Shown here one piece after another: positions 24,301 through 39,300 of a stretch of 64,000 nucleotides of DNA (position 1 is its first letter; each line of letters starts with the position of its first letter). The notes under the pieces were generated by a model. That model searched no databases. It was not told the DNA's origin and saw only the letters and a list, made by a program, of their open reading frames with translations. A program made the position numbers and the translations under genes. Location of the stretch: the NCBI GenBank assembly GCA_964234715.1, contig OZ174276.1; one strand, written 5' to 3'. The DNA comes from Podarcis melisellensis. Taxonomy: Eukaryota.

Positions 24301-27300
24301 TTGAGCAAATACAGTAAAATCACAAATGAGTATCTTGTTTTGCAGTTTTGAACAACAAGCTGTTTGAGGCCAGTGCTCCTCCCATGAACATTGAGGGGGA
24401 AATAAGTTTCTCTTTTTTAAAAGCTAAAACCTCAGAAGTAGCATTTTAAAGGAGGAGCAACTGACTGCCCCAGCAAACCGTTCTCAGTTTAAGTAGCCCA
24501 ATGTGCTCCTCTGGGATATATACAAACCACAATAACCTCTGAAGTGGTTTACAAGGATACAATACAGAAAATATATATATACCGTATTTAAAACAACAAA
24601 ATCAGCTAAAAAGCCTGCTTNNNNNNNNNNNNNNNNNNNNNNNNNNNNNNNNNNNNNNNNNNNNNNNNNNNNNNNNNNNNNNNNNNNNNNNNNNNNNNNN
24701 NNNNNNNNNNNNNNNNNNNNNNNNNNNNNNNNNNNNNNNNNNNNNNNNNNNNNNNNNNNNNNNNNNNNNNNNNNNAAATTCAGTACGAAGGGTCTGACCT
24801 CAACTAGAAGGAAGTTCCAGAAAATTCAGTCTACAATGCTAAACACACTGCTCCTGGTGCGTAGGAACAGTGACTCCCCTAAAGTTGTCAGTGATTAAGC
24901 AGGGATATAAAGGATTAGGCAGTTTTTGACCCAAATTGTTAAGGCCCTTGTAATTTAATACAAGGACCTTGAACCTGGCTTGGTGGTGTATGGGCAGCTA
25001 ATGCAAATTTCTGAGCATCTGATTTATATGCTGGCAACAGTCTGGCAGCAGTCTAGATGCAGCTTTTTGCATCAGCTGGAGCCTCTGGATCAGGCCCAAG
25101 GGTAGCCCCATGCAGAGTTCATTCCAGTAATCAAGTCCTGCGGTTTCCGGTGCATGGCCCATCATGGCCAGACTATCCCTGTCCAAGAATGGCAGATGAT
25201 GTACTAGCCACAGCAGGTAAAAGGCATTCCATGCACTAATGATCTACAAACCATTTAAACAGAAAGCATCTCAATCACACTCATTTGGGATTCTAGAATA
25301 AATATCTGGGTTCATGTTCAGGTTAGATCGGGTCTTCTGAAATTTTGGACTTGTTTTTTCTATTCATTCATGGAGTATGGAAACCATATTTAATGTATTC
25401 AAATTAAGTTATACAATCGAAGGTGTACATGGTCACCTGTTTGCTGCTCCTCCACATCTCATTTAAATATAGTGGCCTTTTTTCCTCCACCCCATGGTTA
25501 AATTTGATTATGTTCTCATTCACCAATTTCTACTCCAAGAAATTCAAAAAATAACTCATTTACTGTTGTAACAAGAAAAAAAATACTGAACAATTTCCCT
25601 ACCTTTTTGGAAAAAAACTTTTTCTTTCTTCATGTCGGTTTATTTCCTGACTTAACTTGCTTAGAATTCTAAGGTAAAAAAACATGTTATTAGAGCAAGT
25701 CAATATGTTGGAAGGAGAATCTCAGTTGTATTGTACAATTCAGCCAAAGTTAAGCATTTTTATTAATGTCAATGGGAAAAAGTTAAGCACACGCTCAGGT
25801 CTATGGTTAAAAATAATGAGAATAAAAGGTGCATTTTGTCCTAGTTTTTCTTATTTGTTTTAATGTGGTAAATTCAAACTGTTGAATATAAGAATGATTT
25901 CTTTTTTAGCAGAGGAATGAAAGACAGAGACAACCAAATATATGTTTTTCTCAATTTCATGCGAACAGATAAACCTGCTGTTAAGTGGAGCTATGACATT
26001 AGAATAATTTTAACACCCAAACGAAGCAATTAGTAAACTTAGTGCAGAGCATGGCAGCTTTGGCACATTGCTACTAAAAGAGAAAAGAAAACAAATAATA
26101 AGGTAGAAACCCCATGCATTAAATACATGTTGTTTTCATAGACCAGGCATGGCCAAACTTGGCCCTCCAGCTATTTTGGGACTACAATTCCCATCATCCC
26201 TGATCACTGGTCCTGTTAGCTAGGGATGATGGGAGTTGTAGTCCCAAAACAGCTGGAGGGCCAAGTTTGGCCATGCCTGTCATGGACGAACAACACATTG
26301 TCTTCTTTCTCAAGTTATGCTAAACCATGGATTGGTGTAACATGCATGAGCAGGAATGAGCCACAGAGAGTCTCAGTCATGCTTTCCTCCCATCTCTTCC
26401 TCTTGCACAGCTGGGATCATTTGCTTTCCTTTAACCATGGTTTGTTGTGTAATTTGGCATAAAAAACTAAGATTAGATCTCTAGTTTATTTCAAACACCC
26501 AGCTTCAAACTGGTTTCTTAAGGTATTAAGAAGCTAGGTATTAATCACAATTGTGTATAAGGGTGAACTGTGGTTAACTAAATGTAGTAGTTTCTGAAGT
26601 TCTCTCTTCAGCCATGTGGAAGGACAGGGGAGGGTGTAATGTGCAAGTTGCAGGCTTGTTGGAGCTCATTCCTGCCTTTGCAAAACACACTAAACCATGC
26701 ATTTGTGTGATTTGCAAATGGGTTAGGGTTAGGGTCTAAACCACTGAGCCTCTTGGGATTGCTGATCTTAAGGTTGGCAGTTCGAATCCATGTGACAGGG
26801 TGAGCTCCCGTTGCTTTGTCCCAGCTCCTGCCAACCTAGCAGTTTGAAAGCATACCAGCGCTAGTAGATAAATAGGTACTCCTGTGGCAGGAAGGTAAAT
26901 GGTGTTTCCATGTGCTCTGGCACTCGTCACAGTGTTCCATTCACCACAAGTGGGTTTAGTCATGCTGGACAAACACACACACAGTTGTACTCAGTACTGT
27001 GCGAGGGGTTTTTCACATCCTTCCTCCCCACTGCAGATCAATGTGGCTTCCTTCAAAGTCTCCTGTGAGGGTTTGAGGACCCCCATAAAGGCCTGGGGTG
27101 TGGGATCTGCAGTGGGAATTGCCAGTAATCCTGTGCAGGCAGCTTGTGCAAATGGAAAGTTGTTGCCTTCATTTAATATTTGGTTATTTCTCCCCCACCC
27201 CGTTAATTCCTCATCATAGGCTCTGCTATGCTGTCCACAGTTTATCCTGCACTTCCCCCCTTCTTAGAACTAAGTATCTCATACATCAGATGCTACTAGC

Positions 27301-30300
27301 CTTATAGTGATGTCCCTCATGTTCACTTGTAGGAACATTTCATAGCATTCCTCATCCTAACCTTTTTAATTTGCCTCCTTGTCCTGTCAACCCCCACAGT
27401 AGGATTTGTGCACATGTTCTCATTCACCAATTCCTACTCCAAGAAACAGCTAGAAATCATAGAAAGACAACTGAGAGCTGTTTGCGTAAAACCCCATTAA
27501 TTCCTGATCTTTGTGTTCCTTCATAACTGGGAATGAGGCTTTTAACAGAGCTTCTATGAAGTGAGTCATGAGAGGTGATGTAGACATACACTTGCTGCTG
27601 TAAACAGCCGGTCTGAGGAAAATCCCTTGAATGCTTGAAGCGTTTAATGATGCTGATATTGAAGTAGTGTCAAAACATGCTACCTCCTTTTACTGAAACC
27701 GTTGATGGCTTTGTTTCCATGTAAGAATAACTTCTGCAAGCTCATGAATGCAATAACATCATTTTAATAGTGTTGTGCAATTATGATATTACCTGAAACC
27801 CAACATTACCCTGAAATCCTCTTATCCAGGCAAAATGTACCCAACTCCCTCAACCATTCATCATAAGGCTTGGTTTCCAGACGCTTGATCATCTTGGTCA
27901 CCCTCCTCTACAAGAATATCATGGGGGACTATGTCAAAAGCCTTACTGAAATCAAGATACACTGTCCACAGCATTCTCCTGATCTACCAAGCTTGTAACT
28001 ATCAGAAAAAGAAATGAGATTTGTCTGGCATGATTTGTTTTTGAGAAACCTATGCTGGGTCTTAGTAAACACAGCATACTTTTCTAGTTGCTCATAGACC
28101 AACTGTTTAATTATCTGTTGGAGGACCTTTCCTGGTATTGACATCAAGCTGACAAGTCAGTAGTTATCTAGGTCTTCTTCCCTCCCCCCCCCTTTGAAGA
28201 TGACGACAACGTTTTCCTGCCTCAAGTCTGCAGGTACCCCACCTGTTCTCTAAGAATTCTCAAAGATTATAGATAAGAGGCTCTGAGACTACATCTGCAA
28301 GCTCCTTTAGTACCCTTGGGTGCAGCTTATCAGGTCTTGCAGATTTGAAATCATTTGAAGCAGCCAGGTGTTCCCTTAACACCTCTTTTCCTATCTTGGG
28401 CTATAGCTCCCTCCTTACGTCATTTATTCTGTTATCACCAGGATGCGCACCAGAAAGTGAAGCCCACCAAAGATTGATATTGGAATCTGCGCCTTTAGCT
28501 CGTACATTAATAATCTAGAGTTAGAGGTGAGCAGTAATGAAGCTGAGTTTGCTGATACCAAATTGTTCAAAGTAGTTAAAACACAACCAGATTTAATAAT
28601 AATTTATTATTTGTACCCTGGCCATCTGGCTTGGTTTCTCCAGCCACTCTGGGCGGCTTCCAACAAAGATTAAAAATACACTAAAATGTCACACATTAAA
28701 AACTTCCCTGAATGGCTACTAATCATTATATATTTGTTCTACTTCCAGTGTTGGAGGCAGTATGTCTTAGATTCCCAGCTGCTGTGAATCACAAGTGGAG
28801 AAAGCATTATTTTGCTTGGGTCCTGTTTGTGGGTGTCCCGCAAGGCACCTGGTTGGCCACTACGAGAACAGGTTGCTGGACCAGATGGCCCTTGTGCCTG
28901 ATCCAGCAGGACCCTTCTTATGTTATTAAAACAATACTTTTAACCATCTGCAGCCTGTACTACAGATAGCTTCTATTTATCATTATTTTTCATGGCTGAA
29001 CAAAAGTTGTTTTCTGAATGTAATTTTAACATAGGCAGCTGCCTTCTACAGAGTCTGTGTAGCTCAATATTGTCTACAGTGCCTGGTTACATAGCTCTGG
29101 GTTTTCAGACAGCACCCCCACTCAGTTCTATCTAGAAAGGCCTGTGACTGAAACTAGGGCCTTTTGCATGCAAAGAACATGTCCTTGCTACATGTAAAGG
29201 GCTGCTGTGAACACACCACACACCAAGCTTTTACAGGTCCTGTGTTGAATTGTGTCCCTCTGCCCCTTCCTCCCCTATCCCTAAACAGCTGGTAATGCTG
29301 CAGCAATTATTTGATCAGTGCTACATGTGCACAATCTATCCAATGTGCATCTGTAGCTCAAAGTAAAGAGTTTTAATGCATTCTTTTATGAAATTTTACA
29401 AGGAATGGCAGTGCCTCTACACCATTTCTTTCTTGACTATTTCAAGCACGAGGCCTGTGAATCTGCAGCTAAGGAAGGAAGTATAAAAACCACACTGCTT
29501 AGTTATAAGGGAGTGGGGGTTGCATTTGATTAAGGATAAGAGCAGGCAGCAGACTTGCAGAAAATATTATTCATACTCCTGTCTCTTGTCTCCTGTCTCC
29601 CTCCCACATGGACAGGTCAAAGTTTTTGGAACATTTTAATTTTCCTCTCACTCATAATTCCAAATAGTAGGAGGTGGCTAGCTTAATTTCGCTAAAGGTT
29701 GAAGACAAAACAAAGCTTGTATCTCGAGCAGCAGTGGGAAACCTCTGTTCTGCCAACTTAATTAGACCTGCCAGGCCTCCCCACTAGGCCTATCAGGGTG
29801 TTTTGCCTAAGCCAAGGCCTTGTGCCAGTGCTTTTGTAAGAACCAACATAGCTTTGAAACAAGCTTTCCAAGCACCAACACTCACCCAATTAGCAGTGCT
29901 TACAGAGACACAGTTGCAGTTTTGTAAGTGTTGCCAATCAATGGTGCTTGCAAAGCTCTGTACCTTTACCCGTGTGGCTTTATTTTTAACCATGTAGGCA
30001 AAGGGAAATGGGTTGCTTTATATCATTGTGACACCATCGTAACTTTGGGTGACTGACACCTGTCAAAGTTGGCTCATGAAATGTGGGGGAGGTAGTGATC
30101 TGGCTGGCCAGCAAGATCCAATTCCCTTTTCCTGCATTTGTTGCCCAATTTGAAATTTCATGTAATGACCCTCTAAGTCATTCTCTGTTACTTGATTTCC
30201 AAAGAGGAAACTTCTCAAGAATGAGTAGATAAAAGGAAGTTGAAAGGGGAAATCAATAGGGTCAAATCTGTCTGGCACAGGGATGAAAAAAAAATTTGTT

Positions 30301-33300
30301 GGCTTCCATTCCAAGCTACTTTTGTTTCAGGCAGTGCTGTTCACATTAAACTGTAGTTTGGCTTCTAACAAATTGTGTTATTCATCACACTGCCCACTGT
30401 GGTGGAATGTTATTTAATTAATTATGTAACTAACTGCATTATGACTGTGTTGTTCCACACCATTCACCTCAGCAAAAAGACCGTTCATTTTAATGCAAAG
30501 GAAACACAATGCAAATGGAACAAAACATCAGCTGTGTATTGTTTAAGGACTGAAAACAGCAGCAGCAGCAAATACCAATCATGTTCACTGGATTGATTTC
30601 TATTCCAGACATGGGATGCATTAGTGAACATATCAGCCAGCATGGGTAATGATTAGGCATTAGTATTAGTGTATGATGTGGGATACTGAAGCCTTGCTGG
30701 TACTGGATTACAGTGGTACCTTGGGTTACAGACGCTTCAGGTTACATACGCTTCAGGTTACAGACTCCGCAAACCCAGATGTAGTACCTCAGGTTAAGAA
30801 CTTTGCTTCAGGATGAGAACAGAAATCATGCTCCGGCGGCGCAGCAGCAGTGGGAGGCCCCATTAGCTAAAGTGGTGCTTCAGGTTAAGAACAGTTTCAG
30901 GTTAAGAAGGGACCTTCAGAACGAATTAAGTTCTTAACCTGAGGTACCACTGTATTATTATTATTATATATATAAAAACCTTTATTTGGGATGTGGAAAG
31001 TGAAATCAGGGCAGGGCATCATAAGGCTTTGCTGGCGGTTCTGTCTTGAAGTTATGGATATTAAGAACAATAAGAACACTTTTATGTGGAACATGCCAAA
31101 TTATTCACTATGTGAGATATTATTGAATAGATTTCTGTAGAGACTTCTGGTCTTGGGGCATCAGAGTCCCTCCCAGTCTCTTCTTGTGGTGCACAGTTCT
31201 GGCTCGCTGCTTGTCTGCCTGTCTACCAATTATTTAGGACAGTTGGCAAATAATACAGATTTAATTGCTTTCTAAAACTAACAACTAAAATGAAAAAAGA
31301 GAACAACCTCAAATATAAATGGCAACATCAACAGCAACGGTGCCCGAGATAAGTGGGCTTTGCAATGCTTTCTGAGAGCTAGTGGAGATGGATGTTTGTT
31401 ACATTGAAGGTGACAATGGAAAAAGTCCTAGACATCACGTGCTATTTTTTCCCCTCTATGGCACAATAGATCCATTGCAAACAAAACAGACATCTACTAG
31501 CATGAGAAAGAAGAAGCACAGGATGGATGAACTTTAAAGGCTAAGTTGCTAACACCACTACCAACAAAACCCCAGAAACCACAAGTAGGATAGGGGGAAA
31601 ATCAAAGCACCCACTCCATCCTGCTTCCACAAGGGTGGAAATCTGGCCAGTCTCAGGTCCTGCTTGACAGAAAGCCAGCTATCAACCATATACCAAACAA
31701 GCACTGGCCAGTATGAATAAAAAAATTGACCAATGTAATTTGGCATTTACACCAAAAATGCTACCAACATCCCTTGACAAATGAAAACTCAAGCTCCTTT
31801 GCCCATTAGCTCCCAGCCAGAAGTCACTCTCTGGGCTTCAGTGATATTAAAAGGGCAGAGCTCACTGGGAAGCAAGAGTCTTAGAGAGTCTGGGTAACAG
31901 AATTACAGATTTGGAAGGGATCTTGAAAATCAATTCCTGCTCAGTGCAGAATCTACAGGATGCAACCACAGCAACCCTGACAAAAGGGCCACCCAGCCTC
32001 TGCTCAGATACCTCCAAGTGAACCAAGAAGCCTACTGTCTCTTGAGCTGCTTCTGTGATGGCTGTCTTAAAGCTGTGGGGAATGCTGGTTGGACTGGATT
32101 GTGTTTGGCAATGCCAACAAGCCAGTCCCCTTATCAAATTTATACAATCATATAAAATTAAGCAGCTGCTATTAACTTTATTTAAAAACCTGATATGCTT
32201 TATAATGACAAATGTTGTGTGATTTCCATTTGGCAGTAGCCAGAGTCAAGCATAGGTCAGCAATAAAAAAACATGGTGTTGATGCAGTTAAGTCTTTATT
32301 CAAAGAAACCAAAGCAGCACGGGCCTAGTGGTCCCAGCAACTGCTGCCCAATAGGTCTTGCTCAAATGAAACAGTCTCAAGGACTGAAGGTCCTTCCCAC
32401 CACTTTCTAATTCTCCTCCTCTCTGGTTGGTCACTGTGAAAACGGGATGCTGGGCTAGATGGGTCATTAGCCTGATCCAGCAGGCTCTCCTTATGTTCTT
32501 AAGTATTTGTTTCCCAGTTCCTACTGGCAACATTTGCCAGACATCAGGCCACATTTGTAGAACAAACTGAGTATTCTCAGTTTCACTGAAAACTGAAGTA
32601 CAGCTTCCACTGAAGAAGGTACTAGCTACAACACAACTTTCAGGCTGGAAACACTTTAGGATTTGGGATGCCTTTCTTACAATTGGATCTTCTCATGAAA
32701 AATCTTCCAAGCTAATGCAACTGAAGCAGATCAGCTAGCTTTCCTGAGAATAAGGGCTTGTCCCCATTTTAGCATCATTTAACTGTTAATCTACTCTCCG
32801 CTCTCCACATTTGAAAAAGACCAGGGTAGTCCATAAGCAAAAGCATAAAGTAAGTAAGGCAACCAGAAAATAAATGAAAATATCAAGGAAGTAGTGAGCA
32901 CATAAAGCAGCAAGTGACAATTCACCCACCCACTCAAAAACAATTGGTCTGTGACCATGAGTGGAGGGGTTTATAGCCTGATTTCCCCCAATTTATCAGA
33001 TTATCCCTGCACCAGGAAAATCTAAATTTACAGGGGGGGGGGGCTTGGGGATAATGTTATGTAGACTATGCAAACTAATGAAACACAAATAGATGCAAAC
33101 CCTAAATCTACGCATGAGGAAGCAACACAGAATCACATTGGATGAAAGGCTGGGTTGGGTGGGGAGGATATGTCTTCACTTTACATAGTAGTTCTAATAC
33201 ATTTATTTCATTTATTATGTATTTAAAACTTCTATATTTTGCTTTTACCTTCCACAAAGGAGTTGCTCATGGCTTACAAATATAAAAAACACTCATCAAA

Positions 33301-36300
33301 TGATTACAATACAAATGATCAACCTAAAAACAGCAGCAAAATACAAGAACACAACGAGCATCTCTTACAACCAATACGTTAACCAACTGAATCAAATGCA
33401 TGTTTAAAAATTAACATTTTCAGTTTCTGTCGAAACTGAAATAAAGGAAGATAACCTAGCTTCTTGGGTGAGGGAATTCCACCAGGAAAGTTATCTTGGT
33501 GTTACCACCAGTCATGCCTCAGAATAGCTTACTCAAGGGGTCCATAACAGCTGATCTTAAAGGATGGATAGATTCAGCACATATGTAATAAAGGACTCAT
33601 AAGGCCAGTGTGTGGGAGAGATAGACGTAAGATTTAGGACTTCTGTGTTTGAGGAAGTCTGATGTACTGAAGTTTCAAGATACTTCTAAATGATTAAAGG
33701 GATTTGATGACACATTCTTTGTCCTGAAAGCAAATTCCTTGAAATACAGCAAATATGTATTCTGTAGACTACTTACATAAAGTATGTAAGGGTGCTTCCA
33801 GATGGTTGTTTATTGTAGGATGTGTGCTCCTTATGCATACAATTCTTTAAATTTTACAATTACCAAACCATATAAAAGATACGAAAAATGGGATCTCACC
33901 CCTAGAGACTCAAATCTCACAGCCTTATGCTTCCAGTTGTGTGGCAACATTGGTTACAGTATACAGTCATATCAGCCCAAAAATTCTATAGTGTGAGCGT
34001 GTGTGTGTGTGTGTGTGTCCTGCCCTCTTTCCTGCAGCTGTGTATGTATGAAATGGGTACCTGAAAAGGTATCTCTTGTTTTTATTCCCTTTGGTATTTT
34101 TATTTTATTGGTTAGCTTCTCTGTTAACACTAGTTGCTAGATTTTCTTGTACTGTACCATGAAGTCAGCATGGCACCCTCCAAAAGTTTTCAATAATTGG
34201 CTATCGTTAGTCTTGCTGTTAGCAATAACTGTCCAATGTGTTTATAATGCAGGTCCATATTATCTCCTGAATAAAGGTTGAATAATGCCAACTTGGGTTG
34301 TTTAATAGCATTCTGCCCTTTTATTGCTTTGATTTCTCTGAACACCCAAACATGTTCACCTTTGTACAGGTCTACCACACGTACGGATGTAATTCCCCTA
34401 CCCCAAAATGTACATCCCCTCTGACAGGCTTGAATGCAATTTGTTTGTGGCATCCACGTGGCACTTCTGGCATCGTTTGCACAGACCTCACAAACATTGG
34501 TCTCAGTGGGAGCTAACTGCAACTAAGTCTGGATCCAGACCAATGTCTTTAATATTTCTTTTAGAAAAGGCAGCACTAGTTCAATACATTTTGCTGCCTG
34601 AAGCAGTCAAAATGATGCATTCACACTAAGGAGGACACTTTTAAAAATCTTACTGCCCCGCTTCAGTTCATCTATCCCCACTACCCTTTAGTTGTTTCAC
34701 CCTGTTGCATGAACAGGATTGGCCCCAAGAAAATGCATTTGATGAAAGCTGAGGTGAACAGATTTTATCTGTCTTCTCCATACCATACAGTAACTTTGTA
34801 CCCATTTTCCACATCCACCTTAGAATCTGATTATATCATCTGATTTACTTACGGCATTCTTAGCTTTGGAAACTTCTGAATATCATTTTCAGACATATTC
34901 TGAAACAGAAACACATGCAGTATGTTATAATGGTGCCAGTACAACATGTTTTGGTCACTGTAGTTTTGATTATTATAAAATAAAACTAAAAGTGCTGTAG
35001 TTACATAGAAGTGGTATTTAAAACTTGACAATCTGCTTAAATGTGACAGATACAATGCACCACAGAGTAATCAAACCTTCCACACCTTTTCACCACTTTT
35101 CTTAATAATTCATCCATATCTCTCTTCCTATGCAACCACACCATTTCCACTTAGCTAGTAATCCTCTCCTTTTAATCCAAAGGAATGACCATTTTTGAAA
35201 ATGTAATTTTATAGAAAAACTTACCAGAAATCTTTGTCCAGTTATGTTGTATTTCCTTGCAACTTTCTCACAGTCCTTGAAGTTTAGCTGCTGATGAAAA
35301 GACACATATTCAGGAAAACTTGATCATTTTAATAAAGAATACATTTATATCAAATAGGTCTCTGAATAACCATAGCTGACTATTATGCATGCTTACTCAG
35401 AATTAAGTCTCATTAACATAGGCACTTCTGGAATTCCTCTGTGTACATAGGATTACATCCTTAGACAAATTCATCACTAAACTCATTTATTTCATCTGGA
35501 CTTACTTTAGCAGAGCTAGTATATGGTTTTTAAGGGCACAATTTGCCAGAGCTTTTCAGCCTGCTGAAATTAGAATGGAAAAAAAACTTCAACTTAAATT
35601 TCAACAGGAATAATGTTACTAAAGGCATTGAGATGATAAAAGGCACAAAGATAAAAGTATATTAACAAAAATATTTTCCCAAGTTCTGTCCCTTGTGTAA
35701 CAATAAAATGCAGATTGACATGTACACTGATGTAAAAATCCTCACAAATTACAAAGCAACAAAAATCCCTCCCATCTAATCCTATCTTCCTGAAAATTTA
35801 GATGGCAGTGTTTAGTTATCTTCTATTAACATATTGAGCAGCTATGAGTAATTTAAATTAAAGAGAGCTTTTCCTATCATTTTAAGGGTTTAAGTACAGT
35901 GGTACCTCGGGTTAAGTACTTAATTCGTTCCGGAGGTCCGTATTTAACCTGAAACTGTTCTTAACCTGAGGTACCACTTTAGCTAATGGGGCTGCCTTCT
36001 GCTGCCGCACCACCGGAGCCCGATTTCTGTTCTTATCCTGAAGCAAAGTTATTAACCTGAAGCACTATTTCTGGGTTAGCGGAGTCTGTAACTTGAAGCA
36101 TATATAACCTGAAGTGTATGTAACCCGAGGTACCACTGTAAAACAATTCAAAATAACTGTGGTATATGAAATGGCTGACTCCAAACTGGAGTACTCTTGT
36201 AGTTTTAAGAGGAAACCTTTTCTCTACTTTGAGGATAAAATGCACTGTTGCCATGCGGTAGTAATTCACAAACGAAATCTAGTGAATTGCATTTCCTTCC

Positions 36301-39300
36301 TAAGACAATAGGTTTGTCCGAAAGATACAGCAGAGCAAAGAATCTACTCAGTTCCTTCTCAAAATGAATGTAGTTTTAGAATTTGTCACAGGTCACTTAC
36401 GGTTATAGCTAAGGCAGCAGCCACAATTTTCTAGACTTTTTTCATTTTCTATAATTCCAACAGTTAGAGAGGCAGGCAGCCATTTTGTGTAGAAAGTCTG
36501 CAGTGTTGCATTTGAGAGACTGGTGTAAGCCGATCAGTTTACAGGATCACTTGTGAGAATGGTTTGGGAAGGTTATCTGGTCTTTCCCTTTTATTATTAG
36601 CTGAAGAACTAGTGACTTTCGAAGCTTAAACTTTGATTTCAGAATCTGTTTTAACTCAGAAAAATAAATTAGTCTACGCTGTTCATAGTCTGTCCATAAT
36701 TTACTGGACACTTCATGTAGACTGTAATCCTGTGTAAATTAGCAATTTGGGCCTAAGAACATACTAGAGAATCTTAAGCACAACTTAAATTTTGCACCCA
36801 AAGTAATGATAGCCTGACATCATATTTGAGAAAATGGCTCCCAGCAGTGGCAATTAAGAGCAGAAAGGTTGGAGAAAGGGGAGAAAGTATAACAATATCT
36901 CCACTGGTGCCAATTGAAATGTTATTCCTCCCCATAAAATTCAGAGATTGCCGCTGGTAAGGAGAAGGCTTAATACTGCCCCTCCCTGTGTGCTTTGATA
37001 CTGATACCCCGCCACCTGCCCCATGCCTGGTATTTGTTCTTTTAAACATTATTTGGTTGCTAATCATATCATTACTTTCACATAGAATTTGGTCTTAAAT
37101 CATTCCCCACTTCAGTAACTGCAAAGTAAAAATCCCTGGCAGTTATAAGCAACTGTCTTCTCATTTGTGCTTGTGAGATTTAGTCTCAAAAAGGAAATTC
37201 TGGCTTCATCCAATAGAAACTCCCCAACCCAAAGCATATGCATGGAATACAGATGGATGGCACAGGACAGCAATGATTAACAGTGGATTACTTTCTTCAC
37301 TAATCAACCCAATTCCCTTTCGAATAGCAAAAACACTGCTATAGCCTGTCTCTACACACTGTGGTTAAGATAATTTACAAGAGTACCCCAAGGCTGTATT
37401 TCTGTATTTCTGACCCTTTGTTAATTCCAGAAAGGGATTTTCAAGACTTTGTTCACCATTCTGGGTAGTCAAATTGCAAAGGGGTCAGCAAACACTATGC
37501 ATTTCTTTCATGGCAGATGTTCTGCCCTTCGCCAGCAGAATCTGCGGCAGCCCAAAGAGACAGAATTCATACACCCACACAGGCATGATACTAAGAGATT
37601 CCTGATGGCTCTTTTTAGGGAAACAGTATTGGGAGAGGAATCCTTGCTCTAACTCTGCATCAATGTTAATGGAGTGTGAGCCAAATATCTGATACATGGA
37701 GTGGATTCTGCAAGATTCCTTATGGAAAACTCCCGGGTCATGTAAGCCTCAGTCTTGGGAATGGGTATTGCTGGGTCCTAATGTGATTATAGCACAGTGT
37801 TAAGTGCCATATAGAATCATTGTTTTAATTTCATTCTCAGTTGATTGCAGAATAGCAGTGCTCGTTGTAGAAAGGACCTAGGTTTAAGGGAAATTAAAAA
37901 GGCTGTGCTGGAAACTTATTCCAGGCAGTATACATAGACTTCAAGGCAGATGGGGGCCTGGAAGGTAGCAGTAGGGTGGATTGACTGGAGGGAGTGTCTG
38001 ATCAAAACAAATGTATTGGGGGTGGGGGGACTGTGCCAAGCAGGTAGGTAGATAGACCCTGCTGGATATTTGGCAGCCTGAGTAAGCAAAGCAAGGAAGA
38101 ACTCTGGATCAGAAAACCTCTCTACCGCTTTCTAAAGCAATAACTAAGCCATAGACCTCTTCCCTTGCAATTTGAACACTGCCAAAATGTGAACTACTGT
38201 GAAAGTATTCAAAGGAAAACAAACCTTATACTTTGCAAAGAAAGTTACAAGTTCCTAGATTGCTTATGTAAATTTAATATTTTATCCCATTCCCCCATGG
38301 CATGCATTTGAGTTTATTGATTGTTGCAGCAGCAGCCTGTGATGTAAGCTAGGCTAAGAGATATGCAATTTGCCTATGGAAACACACAGAACTTCATAGC
38401 CAACTGGAGTGAAAGTAACAGAGATTGTAGCCATTTACAAATACATTCAGAGTTTTGAAATTCTCTGAACCTTGGAGCTAAGTTGTATGAAAATAAATAT
38501 GAGGATTTATGAGATAAATAAATATGTGGAAATAAAAATGTATTTTCTAGGTTCTTTGGAAATACACCTTCACAGCAAAGGTTCCCCAGCATTTTAGCCT
38601 CATCCCCAGGCTGCAAACATCATGGAGGCAGCTCACTCGTCCTCTGGGCTCCTCATGCCCTGATGTGAAGCTTCTCTCTCACTTAAAGTAAAATCAAGGT
38701 GAAACCTTCTTTGACAAATGATGGAGGACAGGCCTTTGTATTGTTTCGTTGCTAGTATCTTGCCACTGGAATGGGTGGACAACCTGCGACTGATGTGCTC
38801 ATATATTGGACCAGAGTGCCCAATGAATCACTAGTGTTCCTAATTGTTTAAACAACATTCATTTCTCTCCAACTACATGCTAGGTTCTATATAGAGTTCT
38901 GAAGGGCCACAGTCCTTTGTCAGGGAGCTTACAAATCCATATTTGATACACAACGCAGAGAAGACGTGACAAGTTAGGGACTGACAATAGCCTGGCTCAA
39001 AAGGTATGGTTACATGTGCAGATGACACTTCTGCTCACACAAGGGGGGATCTCCTGGCTTTCTGTGATTCCTCCCCTCCTGTTCTTGTGCCACATATCAT
39101 GCTGTTTTGAAGGGTCCTCCAACCATCAGAAGTGGACTTTTGGGTTGCAAGGGGTGTGAGGAGGAAGACCCATTCTATAAATGGAACTCAGTTTTTATTC
39201 ACAGAACAGAAGTTAGAATACCAGTTCAGTGAAGAGAAAGGATAGGGATGGGTTGAGACAGGATCCTTTCCTTTCAGAAAAGTGAATTAGGAAGTTTCTA

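Noticed and set aside
26144-26279. Pre-miRNA-like hairpin
   Set aside because: Fully explained by a palindromic MITE with an 8-bp TSD.
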